From positions 153 through 64,152 of the forward strand of contig JBGPLG010000013.1 of assembly GCA_041486305.1 (NCBI GenBank): a DNA stretch of 64,000 nt, given 5' to 3'. This DNA comes from Gemmatimonadota bacterium (GTDB taxonomy: Bacteria; Gemmatimonadota; Gemmatimonadetes; Gemmatimonadales; GWC2-71-9). Positions 57,057 through 64,000 of the stretch are shown one piece after another. Below the pieces are notes generated by a model. That model was not told the origin of the DNA, ran no database searches, and saw only the letters and a list, made by a program, of their open reading frames with translations. The translations under genes and the position numbers were made by a program. Position 1 is the stretch's first letter. Every line of letters begins with the position of its first letter.

Positions 57057-58001
57057 TCAGCTCGGGATCGATTGGCGCGATACGCCCTCCCGCAACACGC
57101 TGCCGAGAATGAACGCGATATTCGCGGGACGCTCCGCGAGGCGCCGCATCAGGTACGGGTACCACTGGGTGCCGAAGGGAACGTATACCCGCATGCGCCA
57201 GCCCCTGCCCCGAAGGCCGGCCTGCAGGTCGCGGCGGACCCCGTAGAGCATCTGGAACTCGAAGCGCTCGGGACCGATTCCGCCAGCCCGGGCAATGGCC
57301 TCGGCGCGCGCGAGGAGCTTCTCGTCGTGGGTGGCGATGCCGGGATAGTGCCCCTCGAGCAGGAGCCGCTCCATCAGCCGCACATAGTGGGCGTCGACGT
57401 CTTGCTTGCCGGGAAAGGCGACAGTGTCCGGCTCCCGGTAGGCCCCCTTGCAGAGCCGTACTCGTGCGCCGAGCCCGATCAGATGCTCGATATCGGCGGT
57501 GGAGCGGCGCAACGCCGACTGGATCACGACCCCGACGCGGGGGCCGAACTCGGGAAAGAGGCGCTGCTCGAAGAAATCCAGGGTGCGCTGGACATACTCG
57601 GACGACTCCATGTCCAGCCGGACGAAGCCGCCGAGCGAGCGGGCCCGCTCCAGGATGCGGCGCAGGTTACACTCGCAGAGTGCCGGATCGATATCGAGAC
57701 CCATCTGGGTGAGCTTGACCGACGCGTTGACCTCGACCCCGGCGCCGGCCATCCGGTCCAGCAGGGCCAGGTACTGGACGCAGGCGGCCTCGGCGGCGGC
57801 GGGTTCGGCCACGCTCTCTCCCAGCACATCGAGCGAGGCGGTGCTCCCCCGATCCTTGAGCGCAACCGCGGCCACGACGGCGGTGTCGACTGTCTCCCCG
57901 GCGACGAACCGGGAGGCGAAGTAGCGGGCCAGGCGATTACCCCTGAGAAACTTGAAGATGGCCGGCTGACGGGAAAGCCAGAGGAAAAACGTACGCAGCA
58001 C
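57057..58001 (-). CDS. Monofunctional proline dehydrogenase
   Basis: FVAGE, SVKLTQMG, RLDME, RLCKGAY, ATHD, EFQMLYG, YVPFG..WYPYLMRRLAERP. Confidence 0.93.
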   Translation of the reverse strand: MLRTFFLWLSRQPAIFKFLRGNRLARYFASRFVAGETVDTAVVAAVALKDRGSTASLDVLGESVAEPAAAEAACVQYLALLDRMAGAGVEVNASVKLTQMGLDIDPALCECNLRRILERARSLGGFVRLDMESSEYVQRTLDFFEQRLFPEFGPRVGVVIQSALRRSTADIEHLIGLGARVRLCKGAYREPDTVAFPGKQDVDAHYVRLMERLLLEGHYPGIATHDEKLLARAEAIARAGGIGPERFEFQMLYGVRRDLQAGLRGRGWRMRVYVPFGTQWYPYLMRRLAERPANIAFILGSVLREGVSRQSIPS

Positions 58002-58007
58002 AGCCGG

Positions 58008-59366
58008 CTATCTCCTGAGCCGGAGCCGCGCCACGCAGCCCTTGCGGTCGGTCCGGTTGTGCAGCGTGACGCCACCGCCATGGGCCTCGGCCACCTGGCG
58101 GCACAGCACCAGGCCGATGCCGGTCCCGTTGGGCTTGGTGGTGAAGAAGGGAACGAAGAGGTTGGCGGTGGTCGGCAAGCCGGGTCCCTCGTCGCGCACT
58201 TCCACCTCGAGTGTATCGTCCTTGACGGCCCAGGTCACTTCCGCCGCACCGCCGGTCACCTGCGCCGCCTCGGCGGCGTTCTTGATGAGGTTGATCAGGA
58301 CTTGATCGAGCTGGTCACCGTCAGCGCGGATGCTCACCGGCGGGCCTTCGATGAGGCGGACCGGGTTGGGGCTCTCGAGCCGCACCACCCGGCGCACCCA
58401 TTCGCCTACGTCGAGAGGCGCCAGCGTGGGCGGCGGGAGCTTGGCGAGGCGCGCGTAGGAGGACATGAAACGGTTGAGGGCATCGGAGCGGGCCCGGATG
58501 ACGTCGAGCCCCTTGTGGAGGTCGTCCTCCCAGTCGGGCGGCCGGGGCTCGCGATCGAGCAGGCTGGTCAGCGTGCCGGCCAGGGAGTTGATCGGGGCCA
58601 GGGAATTGTTGATCTCGTGCGAGAGCACCCGCACCAGCCGCTGCCAGACCTGGCGCTCCTCGGCGCGGAGCACCCGGCTGATGTCGGCCAGCACCACCAT
58701 GTCGAGCGGCAACCCGCCCTGGCGGAACGGACGCCGGCGCACTTCCCACTTCCCGGTGGCGGCACCGGGCACCGCCATTTCGAGGATGCGGGGAGTATCT
58801 CCCTCCAGGGTCTGCTCCAGCCCCAGCTGGGCCGCGGTGCGCCCGATCAGCCGCTCGGCGGGCTGGCCCAGCAGGCGCTCGCCGGCGCGATTGGCCAGGC
58901 GGAGGGCCCGCTCGGCATCGAACGCGAAGACCGCAACGTCGATCTCCTCCATGACCCGGCGGAGCAGCGCGTCGGCCTCGAGCGCGCCCAGTCGCTGTTC
59001 CCGCAGAGTCTCCTGGAGGGCGTTCACCTCGCGGCGGACCGCACCCAGCACGTCGTCGCTTTCCTCCTCGCGGGCCCGGAGGGTGAAGTGCCCTTCGCGC
59101 AGGCCCGCCAGCAGATTGGCGATGACCTGCAGGGGGCGGATCACCCGGAGCTGCGCCGCGCGCGCGGCCACCAGCCAGGCCACCAGCACGGCTCCCAGGA
59201 TGGTGCCGCGGAGCAGGCCCGAGGCCGGGACCAGCCAGAGGAGAACCGTTGCAGCGATCAGCGCGGGCAGGCCCGCGAGGAGGGCGAGGAGGAAGATCCG
59301 GCGGTCGTGGGCGAGCGTCACAGGAGGAAGGTAAGCGGGGAGCGGGGAGCGGCGGTGACCGCTCAC
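58008..59366 (-). CDS. Sensor histidine kinase (NtrY-like; start may be GTG 59321)
   Basis: 2 TM, HAMP, PAS-like region, LSHEINNSL, NLIKNA, DEGPG, PFFTTK, GTGIGL. Confidence 0.92.
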   Translation of the reverse strand: MSGHRRSPLPAYLPPVTLAHDRRIFLLALLAGLPALIAATVLLWLVPASGLLRGTILGAVLVAWLVAARAAQLRVIRPLQVIANLLAGLREGHFTLRAREEESDDVLGAVRREVNALQETLREQRLGALEADALLRRVMEEIDVAVFAFDAERALRLANRAGERLLGQPAERLIGRTAAQLGLEQTLEGDTPRILEMAVPGAATGKWEVRRRPFRQGGLPLDMVVLADISRVLRAEERQVWQRLVRVLSHEINNSLAPINSLAGTLTSLLDREPRPPDWEDDLHKGLDVIRARSDALNRFMSSYARLAKLPPPTLAPLDVGEWVRRVVRLESPNPVRLIEGPPVSIRADGDQLDQVLINLIKNAAEAAQVTGGAAEVTWAVKDDTLEVEVRDEGPGLPTTANLFVPFFTTKPNGTGIGLVLCRQVAEAHGGGVTLHNRTDRKGCVARLRLRR

Positions 59367-59376
59367 CGCGCACTCC

Positions 59377-60738
<1,362 letters not shown>

Positions 60739-60747
60739 GGCGAGCTC

Positions 60748-61413
60748 CTACTCCCGGACCATCCATCCATCCTTCACCTGCACGATCCGCTTGCTGAACT
60801 TGGCGTTGTCCTCCGAGTGGGTGACCTGCACGATGGTGGTCCCCTCCCGGTTGAGCCCGCGGAACAACTCCATGATCTCGCGCGCCTGCGCGGAGTGCAG
60901 GTTGCCGGTCGGCTCGTCGGCGAGGATCAGCTTGGGCTTGGCCACCACCGCGCGGGCCACCCCGACCAGCTGCTGCTGTCCGCCGGACAGCTGGTTTGGA
61001 TAGAGGTCCTTCTTGCCGACGATCTGAAACCGGTCCAGGATATCGGCCACCATGGCCTGGCGCTCTCCCTTCGGCACGTCCCGGTACGAAAGCGGCGTCT
61101 CGATGTTCTCGTAGACGGTCAGATCGTCGATCAGGTGGTACTGCTGGAACACGAATCCGATGAACTGCCGGTTGAGCTCGGCCCGCTGCTTCGGCTTGAG
61201 CTGATGCACCGGGTGCCCCACGAAATCGTAGAAGCCGGTCCACCCGGCGTCCAGCATTCCCATGATGCCGAGGAGCGTGGACTTTCCCGCGCCGCTGGGG
61301 CCCATGATGGTGACGAATTCGCCTTCCTCGATGGTCAGATCGATCTGGCGAAGCACCCAGGTCCGGGACGGGCCGGTCTGATAGAATTTTTCGACGTTCT
61401 GGAGCTGGATCAT
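60748..61413 (-). CDS. ABC transporter ATP-binding protein (MacB/LolD type)
   Basis: GPSGAGKST, FQQYHL, LSGGQQQ, LADEPTGNL, VTH. Confidence 0.95.
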   Translation of the reverse strand: MIQLQNVEKFYQTGPSRTWVLRQIDLTIEEGEFVTIMGPSGAGKSTLLGIMGMLDAGWTGFYDFVGHPVHQLKPKQRAELNRQFIGFVFQQYHLIDDLTVYENIETPLSYRDVPKGERQAMVADILDRFQIVGKKDLYPNQLSGGQQQLVGVARAVVAKPKLILADEPTGNLHSAQAREIMELFRGLNREGTTIVQVTHSEDNAKFSKRIVQVKDGWMVRE

Positions 61414-61431
61414 TGGGGCTCGATTATAGGT

Positions 61432-61447
61432 CGCTGAGACGCTGAGA
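61432..61447 (-). repeat. Two-unit 8-mer (CGCTGAGA)x2; a rotation of its reverse complement is CAGCGTCT
   Basis: Read directly; same unit family as the 9801 and 16331 arrays, on the opposite strand. Confidence 0.6.
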
Positions 61448-61496
61448 CGCCAAACCGGGCGGAATCTAACCCGGCCGGGCCCGGGATTCGGTCGCC

Positions 61497-63911
61497 CTAC
61501 TCGCTCCGCAACGCGATGATGGGATCCACCCGCGCCGCGCGCCGGGCCGGAAGAACGCTCGCGCCCGCGGCCACTACGGCCAGCAGCAGCGCGAGTGCGA
61601 CGAAGGTGACCGGGTCCGCGGGGCTCAGCCCGAAGAGCTGGCTCCGCAGCAGCATGCCGGCGCCGAGCGAGAGCACGGTACCCGCCGCGAGACCGAAAGC
61701 GGTGAGCCGGAGCCCCTGGCGCAGCACCAGCCCCACCACGCTCCTGCTGTCGGCGCCCAGCGCCAGCCGCACCCCGATTTCGCGGGTACGCTGATTCACC
61801 GAGTAGGACATCACCCCGTACAGACCGATGCCCGCGAGCAGCAGCGCCACGCTGCCGAACAGCGCCAGCATGCGCGCGCCCATCCGCTGCCCGATAGTGG
61901 CCGGGATGATCTGCTCGCTCATGCTGCGGGGATCCAGGAACGGCAGCGTGGGCTCGGCCGACGCCAGCTCTTTCCGGAGCGGCTCCACCATGCTGCCGGC
62001 CGGCGCGGCGGTGCGCACATGCAGCGCGAACTCGGAGCCATACCGCTGCGCGATCGGGTAATAGATGAAGGAATATGGCACTTCGGTGATCTGCCGGTGC
62101 TTGGAATCCTGGACCACGCCGATGACGGTGACCTTGGTCTCTCCTCTGGCAAACTGCCGTCCGACGGCATCCTGTCCCGGCCAGAACCGCTTGGCGAACG
62201 CCTCGGTGACGACCGCCACCGGGGCTGCGCTCGCGAGATCCTGCGGGCCGATCGGACGGCCGCTCCGGATCTCGAGTCCCATGGTCTCGAAATAGCCCGA
62301 TCCGATCCGGGCGTACTGGACCGACATGTTCTCATCCTTGGCCGGCGTGTATCCGTCGACCGAAATCCCGGACGAGGAGTTTCCGCCGAAGCCCAGCGGA
62401 ACAAAATCACCGGCCGACGCGCTCACCACCCCCGGCACGGCGCGGACCCGGCTCAGCACCCGCTGGATCATCGCGGGCCCCGCCGAATCGGGAATCCCGG
62501 CCAGATGCAGGTCGGTGGACACGAGCAGGAGCCGGTCGGGATCCTTGAACCCCAGGTCGACGTGCTGGGCTCGCGAGAGCCCCCGGAGAAACAGGCCGGC
62601 ACACACCAGCGCCACGAGGGAGAGCGCCACCTGGCTCGCCACCAGGGCCCCCCGAAGCCGGCCCCGGGCGGTGCTCCCGGTGCCGAGATCCTTGAGCACC
62701 GGCACCAGGTCGGGCCGCGAGGCGCGCAGCGCCGGCACCAACCCGAAGAGCACGACCGTCGCCAGGGTCACCACCAGGCTGAACCCCACGATCCGCGGGT
62801 TCATGCTGCTCTCGAAATCGATCGGGAACGGCGCGGGCGGGATGAAGCTCTTCATCGCGTTGCGTCCCCAGTAGGCCATGAGCAGCCCCGCCGATCCGCC
62901 GGCCATGGCCAGCAGCAGGCTCTCGGTCAGGAGCTGGCGGATGATTCGTCCCCGGCCGGCACCGATCGCGAGCCGCACGCCCAGCTCCTTCTGTCGCGTC
63001 GCGGCCCGCGCGAGCAGCAGGTTGGCGACATTGGCGCAGGCGATCAGCAGCACCAGTCCGGTGACGCCCAGGAGCGCGCCCATGACCGGGAGCAGGGCCG
63101 CGGACGCGCCCTGGGACTGGAGCGAGGAGAGCACCGGGTGATTCATGTCCTTCGGATAGAGGAGGTCGACCTCCTTGCCCACCCGCGCCATGTCTTCGGT
63201 TGCCGCCGCCAGGGTGACCCCGGGCTTCAAGCGGGCGATTGCGTCGAGCCACTGCCAGCCGCGCTCTTCAAATGGATTGCCACCGTCCAGCACGGTGCGC
63301 GTGGTGACCGGCAGGTACAGGTCCATATTGAGGCCGACGTAGGCGCCGCCGAAGCGCGGCGCGGCGACCCCGATCACGGTGAAATCGTGGCCGTTGAGAT
63401 TGAGAGTCCGGTTGACGATGGCGGGATCGCCGTGGAAACGGCGCTGCCAGTAAGAGTATCCCAGCACCGCCACCTGGCTGGCCTGGCGCTCCTCGTCGGC
63501 CCGGAACGACCGCCCCGCGATCATCGGCACGCCGAGCACATCGAAGTAGTTGGCCGACGCGGTGAGGCCCCAGGCCCGTTCGGTGCCGCCGTCGAGCCGA
63601 ACCCCGACCTGAGCCAGGTTGAAGACGGTCAGCCCGTCCAACACCCGCGCTCGCTGACTCCAGTCGCGATAGGACGGATAGGACAGCGACCAGGTGCCGC
63701 CGCCCGGCGAGCGGGTCTGTACGTAGGCGAGCCGCGACGCGTCCCGCACCACCGGCAACGGGTTGAGCACCCAGCGGTCGGTCCAGGCGAAGATCGTGGT
63801 TACCGCGCCGATCCCGAGCCCGAGACTGGCCACCGACACCGCGGTGAACCCCGGGGCGCGAGTCAGCGCCCGCATCGCGTAGCGCAGATCCTGAACCAGT
63901 GTTCCCATCAT
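61497..63911 (-). CDS. Duplicated MacB/FtsX ABC permease without the prefix domain
   Basis: Starts directly at QDLRYAMRALTRAPGF; LLIACANVANL; REIGVRLALGA; DPIIALRSE. Confidence 0.92.
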   Translation of the reverse strand: MMGTLVQDLRYAMRALTRAPGFTAVSVASLGLGIGAVTTIFAWTDRWVLNPLPVVRDASRLAYVQTRSPGGGTWSLSYPSYRDWSQRARVLDGLTVFNLAQVGVRLDGGTERAWGLTASANYFDVLGVPMIAGRSFRADEERQASQVAVLGYSYWQRRFHGDPAIVNRTLNLNGHDFTVIGVAAPRFGGAYVGLNMDLYLPVTTRTVLDGGNPFEERGWQWLDAIARLKPGVTLAAATEDMARVGKEVDLLYPKDMNHPVLSSLQSQGASAALLPVMGALLGVTGLVLLIACANVANLLLARAATRQKELGVRLAIGAGRGRIIRQLLTESLLLAMAGGSAGLLMAYWGRNAMKSFIPPAPFPIDFESSMNPRIVGFSLVVTLATVVLFGLVPALRASRPDLVPVLKDLGTGSTARGRLRGALVASQVALSLVALVCAGLFLRGLSRAQHVDLGFKDPDRLLLVSTDLHLAGIPDSAGPAMIQRVLSRVRAVPGVVSASAGDFVPLGFGGNSSSGISVDGYTPAKDENMSVQYARIGSGYFETMGLEIRSGRPIGPQDLASAAPVAVVTEAFAKRFWPGQDAVGRQFARGETKVTVIGVVQDSKHRQITEVPYSFIYYPIAQRYGSEFALHVRTAAPAGSMVEPLRKELASAEPTLPFLDPRSMSEQIIPATIGQRMGARMLALFGSVALLLAGIGLYGVMSYSVNQRTREIGVRLALGADSRSVVGLVLRQGLRLTAFGLAAGTVLSLGAGMLLRSQLFGLSPADPVTFVALALLLAVVAAGASVLPARRAARVDPIIALRSE

Positions 63912-64000
63912 TCGCTCCGCAGGGCCACGAGGGGGTCGATCCGCGCGGCGCGCCGGGCCGGCAACAGGGCGGCCCAGAGCGCCACGCCCAGGAACGCGAA
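63908..64000 (-). CDS. C-terminal fragment of another MacB/FtsX ABC permease (continues beyond the window)
   Basis: Translates FAFLGVALWAALLPARRAARIDPLVALRSE*; its stop overlaps the ATG of the next permease. Confidence 0.85.
   Translation of the reverse strand, partial: FAFLGVALWAALLPARRAARIDPLVALRSE

Overview
GC-rich bacterial chromosomal window with about 53 protein-coding genes. The host is probably Gemmatimonadota; this is inferred only from the expanded Ser/Thr kinases, PadR/ADOP permease modules and fused E1 alpha/beta. Housekeeping genes include sdhB (partial), dacB, a lactate oxidase/dehydrogenase with lctP, queD, a pterin dehydratase, pfkA, lon, an E1 alpha/beta fusion, rsgA and proline dehydrogenase. 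There are many secreted hydrolases and a large cluster of MacB/FtsX-type (ADOP-like) permeases with two PadR regulators, one ABC ATPase and an NtrC/NtrY-type pair. I found no tRNA, rRNA, CRISPR array, integrase or transposase. Main hunt results: (1) a SelW/Rdx-type selenoprotein gene missed by the ORF track (in-frame TGA in CxxU, with a SECIS-like hairpin whose loop is GGUCU); (2) a HrpB-like DExH helicase with motif Ia placed before motif I; (3) two probable pseudoenzymes, a PQQ alcohol-dehydrogenase homolog lacking the catalytic Asp and a beta-lactamase-fold protein lacking SxxK/YxN; (4) two membrane Ser/Thr kinases sharing a C-terminal domain I cannot assign, one upstream of an NfeD-like/flotillin pair; (5) a shared 7-1-7 palindromic operator candidate starting 9 bp upstream of both padR genes; (6) a recurring family of intergenic 7/8-mer tandem repeats; and (7) a REP-like hairpin in frame inside lctP. 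All assignments come from motif recognition by eye; no database searches were run.
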